Below the pieces are notes generated by a model that saw only the letters and a program-made list of their open reading frames with translations, was not told the DNA's origin and did no database searches. From Leptonemataceae bacterium (GTDB taxonomy: Bacteria > Spirochaetota > Leptospiria > Leptospirales > Leptonemataceae): a stretch of 64,000 nucleotides of DNA. Where the stretch lies: the NCBI GenBank assembly GCA_965227295.1, contig OZ245742.1:2208001-2272000 (forward strand), written 5' to 3'. The translations under genes were made by a program, and so were the position numbers. Shown here piece after piece: positions 17,677-27,708 of this stretch (position 1 is the stretch's first letter; every line of letters starts with the position of its first letter).

Positions 17677-19455
17677 CTAACTGTTCCGCCGAAACGCCAC
17701 GCCGCAGATCGCCAGCACGAACAGGAATACGTACACCGGTACGTCACCCAGCATCAAGTACAGCGTGTTCGCCTCCGGTCGCCGCGGAATGCTCGCGATG
17801 CGAATGCCCGCGGAACGGAGCGGAATGCGCGGGACCACCGAACGACCGAGGGGATCGTAGAGGTGCGAAGGCCCCGTGAGTGTTACGCGGAGCATGTAGC
17901 GATCGGCCTCGATGGCCCGCATGCGCGCCGCCGCGGCGTGCTGGAAGTTTTCGAGATAATCGCCGAACCAGGCGTCGTTGGAGACGTTCACGAGAAAGTC
18001 CGGCGGGGTGCCGGCGGCGGCACCGGCCGCCACGGTGGAACGCACCAGGTCCGGAAAGAGTCCTTCGTAACATATGAGCGGTAACAAATAGCCGGTAGAT
18101 GTTTGTACTTCCGGGGCCGGCCAATCCTGCAACACGGCGTCGACGTCTTCGAGGATCGCCAGATCGTCCTGAGTGAGTTCCGGAAGATTGCGGCGCAGGC
18201 GACCGGGAATGTAATGATACTCCAACAGGTCGGCGGTGTCGCCGGGTACGTAACGCGCCGTCTCGGGAAAATAATCGCGCAGCCAGGGCAGGCTCGTTTC
18301 CCCCGGAAGATACTCGCCGAAAGGAACCAGGCGGCGTTTCGCGTAGATCGAGCGGCGCTCGCCCTCGCGACCGAAGATCGTCGCGGCGTTGTAGTACGAC
18401 GGCGAGCCGGGGGCGTCGGCGACGAGTTCGTTGTAAAGCACGTCGACGTTGCCGTAGCGCGCCAGGTAGGCGACGACGGCGTGGTAAGTGTCCGAGTAGA
18501 GTCCCTGGTTGCCCGGCGCGGAATCGGTGCCGTAAAAGGGAACGGCGCTCTCGGGGGCGATCAACAGATCCGTGCGGCCTTCGTTTTCGCGGAGCACCGC
18601 ATAGCCGGCGTTGAAAAAGATGTTCAGCGCGTCCCGGGCGAACTGCGCGTCGCCGCGATCCTCGGCGTAGCCCTTTTCGGTGTTCGTCTGCATGTAAGCG
18701 ACGTTCACGGTCGAAGATGCCGTCGTGTCGTCGGCGATAACGCGGAAGAGTCCGTAGACATAGACGGCGATCAAACATACGAGCGGCAGCACGAAGGCCG
18801 CGGCGTAACGCCGCAGTCCGCGGTCGCCGAAAATCGAAAACGGTAGCAGTTGCAGCGACTGCGCGTCGAAGTAAGAACGGTGCCGGCCCTTAACTTTCGC
18901 GCGCCGAATCTTACGCAGTAGACGCCACGCTCCGTAGATCAGGGCCGCTTCGAGAAAGACGATCGCCGACAGGCCGTAGACCCCGCCCACCGCGGCGAAT
19001 TGACGGACGATCAGCCCGCCGCCGACCAGGTTGCCGAAGTGCCAGGGGAAGAGTTGATAGAGAAACAGATCCCCGGCCGCGGCGAGGCCGGCCGCCGTCC
19101 AGATCAACGGCAGGCGAGTGCGGCGCTGCAACCAGACCGCGCCGGCGATCAGAAACGGCAGCTTTGCTCCGAAGAACAGTGACTGCAGCAGCAGCGCGGG
19201 AACGGCGACGTAAGCCGGCGCCGCGGCGATGTTCATGAGTCCGACGGCGATCCATTGAAAGGCGAAGACGTAGATGGAGACCGCGGCGGCGAAGCCCCAG
19301 AGAACGGCGCGGCTTACGGAAGCACGGCGCAGGCTGCGCGTCAGGGCGAGCAGGCAGACGCAGGCGCAGACCCCCGCCAGGTGAAACTCGAAGGGCCCGA
19401 GTGCCGCCAGGGTGCCCGCGCCGGCGCCGATGCAGTACAGGATGCGCCGGTACAA
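17677..19455 (-). CDS. lnt: Apolipoprotein N-acyltransferase
   Basis: N-terminal TMs; PESA, YAKRRLVPFGEY, PLICYE, NVSNDAWFG motifs. Confidence 0.93.
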   Translation of the reverse strand: MYRRILYCIGAGAGTLAALGPFEFHLAGVCACVCLLALTRSLRRASVSRAVLWGFAAAVSIYVFAFQWIAVGLMNIAAAPAYVAVPALLLQSLFFGAKLPFLIAGAVWLQRRTRLPLIWTAAGLAAAGDLFLYQLFPWHFGNLVGGGLIVRQFAAVGGVYGLSAIVFLEAALIYGAWRLLRKIRRAKVKGRHRSYFDAQSLQLLPFSIFGDRGLRRYAAAFVLPLVCLIAVYVYGLFRVIADDTTASSTVNVAYMQTNTEKGYAEDRGDAQFARDALNIFFNAGYAVLRENEGRTDLLIAPESAVPFYGTDSAPGNQGLYSDTYHAVVAYLARYGNVDVLYNELVADAPGSPSYYNAATIFGREGERRSIYAKRRLVPFGEYLPGETSLPWLRDYFPETARYVPGDTADLLEYHYIPGRLRRNLPELTQDDLAILEDVDAVLQDWPAPEVQTSTGYLLPLICYEGLFPDLVRSTVAAGAAAGTPPDFLVNVSNDAWFGDYLENFQHAAAARMRAIEADRYMLRVTLTGPSHLYDPLGRSVVPRIPLRSAGIRIASIPRRPEANTLYLMLGDVPVYVFLFVLAICGVAFRRNS

Positions 19456-19473
19456 AGTTACGTTAGCCGCGAC

Positions 19474-20514
19474 TTAGCGATTGGCCCGGAGTTCTTCCAT
19501 GGCCTTTTGGTAGTTCTCGCGGCGCGTGTAGGCCTCGGCCTCTTCCTGGCCGAAGTATTTGACCCGCAGTTCCATGAGTTTCTTCGCGCGTTCCTCGTCG
19601 TTCAATTCGGCGTTGTTCTTGAGAAATTCGCTTTCGGCCTTCTGGTAGTCGGCCTCGTTTTGGTCCCGCTGCGCGATCTGAGCGTCCACGGCGGCCATGC
19701 GGTCGGCGCCGTCTTTGCCGAAGTACTTCTCGCGCATTTCGCGAATGTTCGCGCTGCGCTGGCTGCTGTCGAGGCCGTTCAAATCCGCGCTGCGCAGGTC
19801 CACCTCGGTTTCGTACTTCGTAAACTTCGGTTCGCGGGAAACTACGGTGTCGTAGTAATCGCCGTAGACATTCTTGCGCAACTCTTCGTACTTCGCCAGG
19901 CGTTGGTCGCCGGACATGCCTTTGGTCTCTTCCTGGAAGTCCGCGTAGGCCACGGCGAAGTCGGCTTTGGCTTCCTCGTAACCGAAGATGAGTTTTGCGT
20001 CCTCGGTGCCGAAGAACTCGCGTCGCTTCTGGCGGATGAGTTCGTACTGCTTGCGCAGCGGCAGGTCCCGGGGCATTTCGAACGTGGTCATTTCTTCTTC
20101 GTACTGAAGGTACTTCGTAAAGAGTTCGACCAGGCGTTCGTTGCCCGGCGGCAGGAATTTTTCGAGCAGGAACTCGCGAATGCGTACGTTGCATTCGTAG
20201 CGGTCGAGTTCTTCCGGACAACGCCGACGCAGGGCCCACAGCTCGGAGACGAGGCGAATCTCGCCGCTCTGCGCCGCCCGGATGAGGTCTTCGTAGCTTA
20301 ACATACCTTCCTGATCGAAGAGCGAGAAGGCCTCGCGACGGAGCGCCTCGGGATCGCCGATGGGGGCGTTCCAGTCTTCGAACTTGTGGTCGGGCAGGGT
20401 GACCGGTTTTTGTCCGGGCCCGCTGCCGCCGCCGGATGACAGCATAAAGACCAGAACGATCAGAAGCAGGGCGATCGCCGTCCCCCCGACGATCAGCAGT
20501 AAATTTTTATTCAT
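19474..20514 (-). CDS. Membrane-anchored lipase-chaperone-like helical protein
   Basis: N-terminal TM; repeated RxxxFG helical units. Confidence 0.6.
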   Translation of the reverse strand: MNKNLLLIVGGTAIALLLIVLVFMLSSGGGSGPGQKPVTLPDHKFEDWNAPIGDPEALRREAFSLFDQEGMLSYEDLIRAAQSGEIRLVSELWALRRRCPEELDRYECNVRIREFLLEKFLPPGNERLVELFTKYLQYEEEMTTFEMPRDLPLRKQYELIRQKRREFFGTEDAKLIFGYEEAKADFAVAYADFQEETKGMSGDQRLAKYEELRKNVYGDYYDTVVSREPKFTKYETEVDLRSADLNGLDSSQRSANIREMREKYFGKDGADRMAAVDAQIAQRDQNEADYQKAESEFLKNNAELNDEERAKKLMELRVKYFGQEEAEAYTRRENYQKAMEELRANR

Positions 20515-20678
20515 GACTTATCTCCGCAGAACACTGAATGTTTGTATGTAAGCGCGCACGTTGCGCTGCTGTTTAAGGGTGTGTAGAATTCCCGCGGCAA
20601 GTGCGCAATCACAATTTGCGGCCGATGTGGATGGGCCGGTCACTATGATGCAGCGCGTCATAAAGCGAATATCGCGTT

Positions 20679-21241
20679 GTCTTTGCCGTGGTGTTCGTCG
20701 CCGGAGCTGAGTCGCAAACCGACGTCCGGTGTCGGCAAGGCCCCACTTGTTGGGGCCGCGGCAGTTGGTTCCCCACTGACAGCATTCTTAACAATACGAA
20801 ACTCCACAACTCCCGCTCAGCTGTAGCCATAAAACCCTTCACCATTGCGCAACGTACCTTGAGTGTCTCACGGCAAGGTGCGCGAACCGCTACTCTTGAA
20901 CTTCCGGCAACGTTCAGGTGATTCGTAAGCGCTCCGAATTGTGGTGTAAGTGGCGGCCAGTTTGTATTAGGACTTTTTTGGGTACGGCTGGTTCCAGCAG
21001 ATGAACGGAGGTCATGCCGGGGAATGTGGTAAGGCGCACCGGAACGGCGTCTTCGTCGTAAGTACCGCGGCGGGAACAGAGTCACAAACCGACGTCCGGG
21101 TCGAACGCAACATCCGCGAGCAAAACGACTATCCACAACTCCCGCTTCGCCGTAGCCAAATGAATCCCTTCACCATTGCGCAACTTACCTTATGATTCTC
21201 ACGGCAAACGCCGCGAACCGCAGCTCTTGAACTGCCGGCAA
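20679..21241. repeat. Two diverged direct copies of a ~190-230 bp intergenic element
   Basis: Copies at 20679-20910 and 21049-21241 share gagtcRcaaaccgacgtccgg and a ~110-bp block (tccacaactcccgct..cccttcaccattgcgcaac..tctcacggcaa..cgcgaaccgc..ctcttgaact.ccggcaa). Confidence 0.85.
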
Positions 21242-21244
21242 TGG

Positions 21245-22024
21245 CTACTTCAACTCAATGCCCACGGGACAATGATCACTGCCTTCTACGTTTGAAAGGA
21301 TGAACGCCTTCTTAACGCGCGGGCGCAGTTTTTCCGATGCCAGGAAGTAATCGATGCGCCAGCCCACGTTGCGTTTGCGCGCGCCCATGCGATAGCTCCA
21401 GTACGAGTAGGCGCCTTCGAGGTTCGGATGCGCGTCGCGGAACGTATCGAAGTAACCGGCCTTCAGAATGTTGCGCAGGCCGTCGCGTTCTTCGTCGGTG
21501 AAGCCCGCGGTCTTGTTGCGGTTCGTATCCGGTCGCGCGAGATCGATGTCCTCGTGCGCGACGTTGAGGTCTCCGCAAACGATCACGGGTTTGCGCTTTT
21601 CGAGTTTCTTCATGAACGCCAGGAAGGCCGCGTCCCAGCGTTGCCGGTACTCGAGGCGCTTGAGTCCGTCGCCGGAGTTCGGCGTGTACACGGTAACGAG
21701 AAAGAAGTCATCGTACTCCGCCGTGAGGACGCGGCCCTCCTGATCGTGCTCTTTCTTACCGATGTGTGCGTTGACTGCGACGGGCGCCAGGGCCTTCGCA
21801 CCGCGGCCCTTCGTACGATAAAAGATCGCCGTGCCGGCATAACCTTTCTTCTCGGCGTGGACCCAGTGTTTGTCGTAGTCGGGGAGGAGCGTTTCGATCT
21901 CGTCGGTATAACCGCGGGTTTCCTGCAAGCAGAGGATGTCCGGTTTGTGTTCGGACATAAAATCACCGAACGTCTTTTTCATAACGGAGCGAATGCCGTT
22001 TACATTCCAGCTTAGTATTTTCAC
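21245..22024 (-). CDS. xth: Exodeoxyribonuclease III
   Basis: SWNVNGIR, LCLQET, YTPNS, GDLNVAH, GWRIDYFL, SDHCPV. Confidence 0.96.
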   Translation of the reverse strand: MKILSWNVNGIRSVMKKTFGDFMSEHKPDILCLQETRGYTDEIETLLPDYDKHWVHAEKKGYAGTAIFYRTKGRGAKALAPVAVNAHIGKKEHDQEGRVLTAEYDDFFLVTVYTPNSGDGLKRLEYRQRWDAAFLAFMKKLEKRKPVIVCGDLNVAHEDIDLARPDTNRNKTAGFTDEERDGLRNILKAGYFDTFRDAHPNLEGAYSYWSYRMGARKRNVGWRIDYFLASEKLRPRVKKAFILSNVEGSDHCPVGIELK

Positions 22025-22037
22025 GAATATGGATGGA

Positions 22038-22070
22038 ACTCCGAGGACTCGGCGCCTCGGTCCTCGGAGT
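22038..22070. repeat. REP-like hairpin
   Basis: actccgaggac-tcggcgcctcg-gtcctcggagt: perfect 11-bp stem of the same family as the 16689 and 40889 arms. Confidence 0.85.
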
Positions 22071-22086
22071 GAAAGTTTTTATGATC

Positions 22087-22500
22087 TTACTCGACGGTGA
22101 TGTTCACACTCGCGGCCATCTCCGGCCCGTAGGACTGGTGGGCGCCGTCGGCGAATTGCAGCGTGAGTTTGTACTCGCCGGGCTCCAGTTCCAGTTCGGT
22201 TTCCGTCTGGCCTTTGCCGAAGTGGCGATGGGTTTCATCGTTAGGGATGACCTTGCCGGTTTCGAACGAGCCCATGTTAATGAGGATGTGATGATGACCG
22301 GTGCCTTCGACGATTTCGCCGGCGGGTTGTACGGTCATGCCTTTGACGCCCATCTCCACTTTTACGGGGCTTGTGACGGTGTCGCCGTTTTTGAGATTCT
22401 TGAAGAAGACTCCGCGTTCTTCACCGGAACTCCGACCGCCGCAGGCGACTGCGAGCGAAAGGAGCGCGGTGGCGCAGAAAAAGAAAAGCTTTGATTTCAT
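22087..22500 (-). CDS. DUF4399 family lipoprotein
   Basis: ATG at 22500, lipobox LAVAC; GHHHILI, HFGKGQTE, LQFADGAH. Confidence 0.88.
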   Translation of the reverse strand: MKSKLFFFCATALLSLAVACGGRSSGEERGVFFKNLKNGDTVTSPVKVEMGVKGMTVQPAGEIVEGTGHHHILINMGSFETGKVIPNDETHRHFGKGQTETELELEPGEYKLTLQFADGAHQSYGPEMAASVNITVE

Positions 22501-22541
22501 GCGGACAGTTAAGAAGCAATCCGCGCTTGCGTCCACTGAAT

Positions 22542-24569
22542 TCAGCTCGCCCCGCCACCGCCGCGGACTACAAAATCCCGGGAGCGCTCCAGGTAAGCGT
22601 GCACCGCGCGACAGCGGCCGAGCTGGTCTTTGCCGGCGGCGTCGAGCAGCCCCGCGCGTTCGCGTGCTTCCAGGCCGTTCCGCAGTTCTTCGACGCAACG
22701 GCGGAGTTTGTTCATCTTCGCGGGATATTCCCCGTTCTTCGGAAAGAGCAGGATGCCGTCACCGTCCATCGTTCCGCCGGGGGCCGGCACTTCGGAACGT
22801 TTTGCATCCTCCGGAACCTCGTAGGGCAACACCTTAAAGTTAGCGTTTTTCAGTACGCGCTGCTGTTCGTCCCGGCCCACCGGCAGAAAGGCCAGCGCTT
22901 CCGATACCAGCGGGACCTGCCCGACTTCGAAGTAGCGGCGTTCGAGTTCGTGGATGATCTCGTTCGTCAGGGACGTGTCGCGCAGGCCCAATACCAGCTT
23001 GCGGCGTTTGTCACGTTCGCTGTGCACGAAGCGTTCGAACTTCGAAGCGTTGCGTTTGGCCAGCAAGGCCTGCTCCCTGCGAACGCGTTCCCGGGCCTGA
23101 TCAAAAAAGTAATCCAGCAACGAACGAATGCCCGAGTACAGTAAGATGCGCAGATAGACCGGCATGTAATCGATGTATGCCTTGCGCAACAGACGACCGT
23201 AATCGCGGACGAAGTCCTCGTCGCTGAACAGCGAACGGAACTCCGGTTCGTGGGCTTCGATCAACGCGCGCAGTGCCGTAATGCGCCAGCGTTCTTTCGC
23301 GGGCAGGCTCACCATGCCGCGAACGAGTTTGCGAAACGCCTGGAAATCGCGCGGGGCGAAGATGTGCACGGATTCCGTCGGCATCTCCCAGTGCACGTGC
23401 AGGATGTCCGCGTGATGGCAGACGCCCGTCCAGATGTCCGGATGAAAGTTCGCCACTTCTTTGGTGTACACGTAGCGCAGCATGCGTTTCCAGTCGCCGC
23501 GATGATCGAATAACTTCTCGCGAAATTTTTCTACGGCTTCGGCGGCCTCGATCTTCCAGCGATCGGTATACTTCTGTTCGGCGTGCACGCCCAGGCGCAG
23601 GACGATCTCCGCGGCCAGGCGGCCCGGCGGGTGTTTGCCCGGGCCGGCATCGGCGAAGGCGTGTTGCTTGAGCACCTCGGCCCGCATCACCAGGAAGCGG
23701 CCGGTGGGCGTGTGCGTGGTTTCAATGTCGTAGAGGGCTTCTTCCAGAGAAACGCGGTCCAGGGCGCGTTTGACGTCGCGGTCTTCGAGATGCAACGGCA
23801 CCACATGTTCATCCAGAAATTCTCCGGCGGACTCAAAAATCGTCAGGAGCTGATCGTCCCGGAGCGGCAGGAAGCCGCTGCCCTCGATCAATACGGCCGC
23901 TTTCTGGCCGCTGCTGAGGAGACGCCGCCGCTGTTCTTCCCCGAAGACCCGCAGCACGTCGTCGCGGGGACGCATCACCGGATACGTGGCGTGCATCAGC
24001 GTACGCAGCGGATCGAAGACGGCCTCGGGGCCGCCGCCGGTCTGATCGACGTGGAGTGTCGGCGTCTGCGTGTCGATCGCCGTGAGACCGAGGTCGCGTT
24101 CCAGATCCGCTCGCAGCGCGTCCGGCACGTTCACGAGCGAAAGCATCCAGGCGACGATGGCCTCGTGCGCCAGGTCACACACTTCCTCGAAGATCTTTAC
24201 CACGTCCGCCGGATCATTGCGCCGGGCCACCAGGTAGGTGCGCGCCTGGAGCTCGCCGCTGTCGGCCTGGAACTCGAAGCCCGGCAGCGCCAGGATCAAA
24301 CGCTTCGCCGTGAGTTCCGTTATAATAGAAGGAAGATCGCCGCCGTCGAAGAGGGATGTCTCAAAGCGCGCCGCGTCGGGCCGGAAGAGAATATTGTTCA
24401 CGGTGTTGCCCGGCAGCGAAAGCGCCGCGATCTTTTTGTATACGATCTCCTGCGCGCGATCGATGATCCCGTCGCCGCGGTTCGCCGCTTCGTGCTCCGT
24501 GGAGAGCAGCAACAGCCGACGCAGGCCGGCCGTGTCGGTGGTCAGTGTTCCCGAGTACTGCGCAGACAT
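22542..24569 (-). CDS. Hypothetical protein (675 aa)
   Basis: Long ORF fitting the minus-strand gene run; no recognised motif. Confidence 0.75.
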   Translation of the reverse strand: MSAQYSGTLTTDTAGLRRLLLLSTEHEAANRGDGIIDRAQEIVYKKIAALSLPGNTVNNILFRPDAARFETSLFDGGDLPSIITELTAKRLILALPGFEFQADSGELQARTYLVARRNDPADVVKIFEEVCDLAHEAIVAWMLSLVNVPDALRADLERDLGLTAIDTQTPTLHVDQTGGGPEAVFDPLRTLMHATYPVMRPRDDVLRVFGEEQRRRLLSSGQKAAVLIEGSGFLPLRDDQLLTIFESAGEFLDEHVVPLHLEDRDVKRALDRVSLEEALYDIETTHTPTGRFLVMRAEVLKQHAFADAGPGKHPPGRLAAEIVLRLGVHAEQKYTDRWKIEAAEAVEKFREKLFDHRGDWKRMLRYVYTKEVANFHPDIWTGVCHHADILHVHWEMPTESVHIFAPRDFQAFRKLVRGMVSLPAKERWRITALRALIEAHEPEFRSLFSDEDFVRDYGRLLRKAYIDYMPVYLRILLYSGIRSLLDYFFDQARERVRREQALLAKRNASKFERFVHSERDKRRKLVLGLRDTSLTNEIIHELERRYFEVGQVPLVSEALAFLPVGRDEQQRVLKNANFKVLPYEVPEDAKRSEVPAPGGTMDGDGILLFPKNGEYPAKMNKLRRCVEELRNGLEARERAGLLDAAGKDQLGRCRAVHAYLERSRDFVVRGGGGAS

Positions 24570-24688
24570 ATGACTTCAGAGTCGCATATGTACAGGAATC
24601 AGCAATAGTACCGCGGGGTTATTCACGTAGTACGTTGGGACTATTTTAACGATTTTCTAACAAAGCTGTGAGAACTACAAGTAGGTGT

Positions 24689-25603
24689 TCACGCATCGGA
24701 AAAGGCGCCTGCGAAGAACTCCGCCACGGTTCGCACGTATCGATCGCGATCGACGAAGTACGTTCCGCAGTGCTCCGTCTCCGCCTCGATCCACAAACGT
24801 ACACTGCCTGGATCTTTAGCAACGGACCGGGCCGCTTCGTAGAGTTGTTTTGCATGATGCACCGGCACCGTGGAATCGTGTGCGCCGTGGATCAACAACA
24901 CCGGGCGCGGCGGAATTCTCGCAACGACGCCCAGGGGCCGACGCTCGCGCAGATCGTAGCCGTAGACGGCGGCGTTCATGAGGTTCGCGAGCGGGGTGAG
25001 CCAGCGTCCCGGCAATCGCAACGCCGCGAACGACGAGGCAAGGACGTCGTCCAGGCCGGTGAACGCCGAGTCCGCCATTACCGCGCGGATGCCCGCGTCT
25101 TCGGCGGCGGCGCAGATGGCGAGCGCGCCGCCCATGCTGAATCCGAAGAGGCCGATCTTCGCTTGCGGCCGGCGTTCACGCACGAAACGAATCGCCGCGC
25201 GCACGTCCGCTAACTCATGATGGCCGACACTTTGCGGGCCGGACTGGGACTCCCCGCGCCCGCGGAAGTCGAACACCAATACATGGTTGCCCGCGCGCCA
25301 CAGTCCGGTGCCGATGCCGATCAAACTATCTTTTGCCACCCGCCGCCCCGTGAGGCCGATCAACACGCGCTCCGTCGGCTGCTCTGACTCGAACCACCAG
25401 CCGCGCAGATGCAGGCCGTCGTCGGAGTGAAAGTCCACGTCCTCGTGTTTTACGCGCAGCTCGAACGGCGAGACGTAGTAGTCGTCCATGAGATCGCGCC
25501 GGCGCGATGAATTGATGCTGTAAGCCGCGAAGGCGGCGACACCGGTGGCGGCTGCCGCGAGGCCGGCGGCGAGTTTTAAGAAGAGAGATAGCCAACGAAG
25601 CAT
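24689..25603 (-). CDS. Alpha/beta hydrolase, N-terminally anchored
   Basis: FDFRGRGES, GFSMGG, LLIHGAHDSTVP, C-terminal His. Confidence 0.9.
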   Translation of the reverse strand: MLRWLSLFLKLAAGLAAAATGVAAFAAYSINSSRRRDLMDDYYVSPFELRVKHEDVDFHSDDGLHLRGWWFESEQPTERVLIGLTGRRVAKDSLIGIGTGLWRAGNHVLVFDFRGRGESQSGPQSVGHHELADVRAAIRFVRERRPQAKIGLFGFSMGGALAICAAAEDAGIRAVMADSAFTGLDDVLASSFAALRLPGRWLTPLANLMNAAVYGYDLRERRPLGVVARIPPRPVLLIHGAHDSTVPVHHAKQLYEAARSVAKDPGSVRLWIEAETEHCGTYFVDRDRYVRTVAEFFAGAFSDA

Positions 25604-25709
25604 GCTTTGCGAAGAAAATGCCCGATGGAGAATGCGTCCACGTCTTTCTGTTGCGATTGGTGCCCGGAGTCCTTGACACGCAAAAAGATGTGGTTAAAGT
25701 TCGGCCTCT

Positions 25710-26411
25710 ATGAAAGTCATCCTGCGCTGTGTTCTCGTGTCCGTCCTGTTGTTGAACGTCGGCTGCTGGTATCAATATCAGAAGCAGCCGCTGCCGAACC
25801 ATCGCGTGGCCCCGCCGATTGAAGACGTATTCGGACAACCGCGAATGATTTATCTCATCAAAGGCGAGCCCTGTTTGCAACCGGCCGGGGCCCAGTGCGA
25901 CGCGTATGCCCCGGAAGACTACTATCCACTGGAACTCCTGCTGGGACCGAATGCCCCCGCCGTGGTTTCGATTTACGAAGATAACGAGGGCGAGCTTCCG
26001 AAGTTCATGGAGTTAATGGCCGTCGGCTATCCGCGCGGAGAAGCGACGTCCGTGTACTGGCAGCCCTTCGCTTCGTTACGGGAATACGAAACGTTCCGTA
26101 AACGCAAACCGAAGAACGTGGTCTTCGTTCAGGTGGATAGCATCACGCAGCGTGTCAATCTGATCAATGTTACTCTGATTACGCTCGGCCTGGTTCCGAG
26201 CAACTACAGCATTTCCATCAACTACGCCGTGGAAGCCTTCGATCCCGACGGCGCGAAGATAGTGGAGTTTGAAGACGAACAGGCGTATCAAGGCGGCTGG
26301 TTCGGTCTCGTCTTCCTGTTCTGGGGGCCGGCGATTTCCGATGAACAGAACGAACGTTATCTGTTGCGCCATCTCCAGGATGCACTCCGCGCCGGTTATG
26401 AAACGGAGTAG
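25710..26411 (+). CDS. Hypothetical lipoprotein
   Basis: MK-hydrophobic-LNVGC lipobox. Confidence 0.7.
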   Translation: MKVILRCVLVSVLLLNVGCWYQYQKQPLPNHRVAPPIEDVFGQPRMIYLIKGEPCLQPAGAQCDAYAPEDYYPLELLLGPNAPAVVSIYEDNEGELPKFMELMAVGYPRGEATSVYWQPFASLREYETFRKRKPKNVVFVQVDSITQRVNLINVTLITLGLVPSNYSISINYAVEAFDPDGAKIVEFEDEQAYQGGWFGLVFLFWGPAISDEQNERYLLRHLQDALRAGYETE

Positions 26412-26529
26412 CCGTAAAGCGTGGTGCGCACCGTAAAAAATGTGCAACGATCGCAACGCTTTCTTACCTCCCGAATATAAGTAGTTGACCCACTGGAAAT
26501 GCGGGGTAAGATTTTTCATGCTCGCCACC

Positions 26530-27102
26530 ATGCGTACACCGACCTCACTTCCGGCGTATGACGGCCGGCATGTCCTCGCAACGGAGTACTTCCGGCTTCC
26601 GGACGACGGGTTCCGCTATGAACTCATCGACGGAGTAATGCGTGTGACCCCGAGCCCGCTCTTTTCTCACGGGGGCCGCGTCCTCCGGTTTGGCCGCTTG
26701 CTGGTAGACTTCCTCGACGAACATCCCATCGGCGATGTCACCACGGAGACGGACATCCGTTTCGATGAACACACGGTGCTGCGCCCCGACATTGCGTTCG
26801 TTCGTGCGGAAAACTACGCCATCATCCGCGGGCACATCTACGGCGTGCCGGACCTCGTTTGCGAAGTTCTCTCGGACGCCACCCGCCGCCACGATCTCGG
26901 TCGCAAGGCGGAGTTGTATCTACGCTTCGGTGTACGGGAGTACTGGGTCGTGGATCCGAAGCGCCGTAAGTTCGAGCGAAGACATGTTAAGGACGGGGTC
27001 TGGGTTTTGGAGCACGGCGCGGCGCGGGCAAAGATGGAAAGCGCCGTCCTGCCGGGGTTCGTCGTCGACGGCGAGCGGTTGTTCGGCGGCGGGCTTGCTT
27101 AA
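26530..27102 (+). CDS. Uma2 family endonuclease
   Basis: RYELIDG, PSP..H, RPDI, PDLVCEVLS, K..LY..GVREYWVVDP; start at 26518 or 26530. Confidence 0.92.
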   Translation: MRTPTSLPAYDGRHVLATEYFRLPDDGFRYELIDGVMRVTPSPLFSHGGRVLRFGRLLVDFLDEHPIGDVTTETDIRFDEHTVLRPDIAFVRAENYAIIRGHIYGVPDLVCEVLSDATRRHDLGRKAELYLRFGVREYWVVDPKRRKFERRHVKDGVWVLEHGAARAKMESAVLPGFVVDGERLFGGGLA

Positions 27103-27119
27103 GCGACGGCGAGGGGCCC

Positions 27120-27596
27120 TTAAGCAGCACCGGCCGCGGCGGTCATTCCCAATAGCAGCGCAATGCCCAGACACAACGGCGAGTAGATCTTACGATTGAG
27201 CGCTTCGAACGGCGTGTCCCGACTCGCCGGGATCAGCGCGGACCAGAAGAATCCCGCCAGGCCGCGGACGGCAAACACACCCGCGAGAAACCACACTAGA
27301 TACTGCGCCGCGATGCTGATTGTTGCGTGTGTATCTGCCGCTAATATGCCGGCCAGCCATCCGCGTACGATCAACGGCAACAGCGCCCCGCCGGCCATAA
27401 AGATCGCCACGGCCCAGGACATGTGCGCCGGCGGCATGCGATTCAGGCTGCCGACGACGGTGCGCGCCAGGCTTTGATCGTCGTGCCCGGGCCAGAAGCC
27501 GCCGAGGGCCCAGTAGACGTGCAGCAGGGCGATGGCGAACAAGAGCGCGGCAGCGAACACAGCCGTAACGGCGGCGACGGCGAGGAGGGGCGACAT
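27120..27596 (-). CDS. DUF3995 membrane protein
   Basis: LHVYWALGG.W, RG..G, F..LNRKIYSPLCL. Confidence 0.85.
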   Translation of the reverse strand: MSPLLAVAAVTAVFAAALLFAIALLHVYWALGGFWPGHDDQSLARTVVGSLNRMPPAHMSWAVAIFMAGGALLPLIVRGWLAGILAADTHATISIAAQYLVWFLAGVFAVRGLAGFFWSALIPASRDTPFEALNRKIYSPLCLGIALLLGMTAAAGAA

Positions 27597-27708
27597 GGGA
27601 TGACGGTAAAGTTGTGCGCGGCGATGTCGTGTATATTTCGGAAAATTTGTCGAGCGGAGTTCTCGCTGACCGGCTTGACTCAGTAAGCCGGAAGCTGCCT
27701 ATAGCACT

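Noticed and set aside
20700..20760. c-di-GMP-I riboswitch-like GCAAA motif
   Set aside because: The paired GGCAAA/GAAA first stem and overall arrangement could not be found.
20609..21136. 175-aa ORF and other short ORFs over the duplicated element
   Set aside because: Reading frame is not preserved between the two copies; no protein-like motifs.
26530..27102. Uma2 nuclease as a defence system
   Set aside because: Common stand-alone family with no partner methylase or defence genes nearby.
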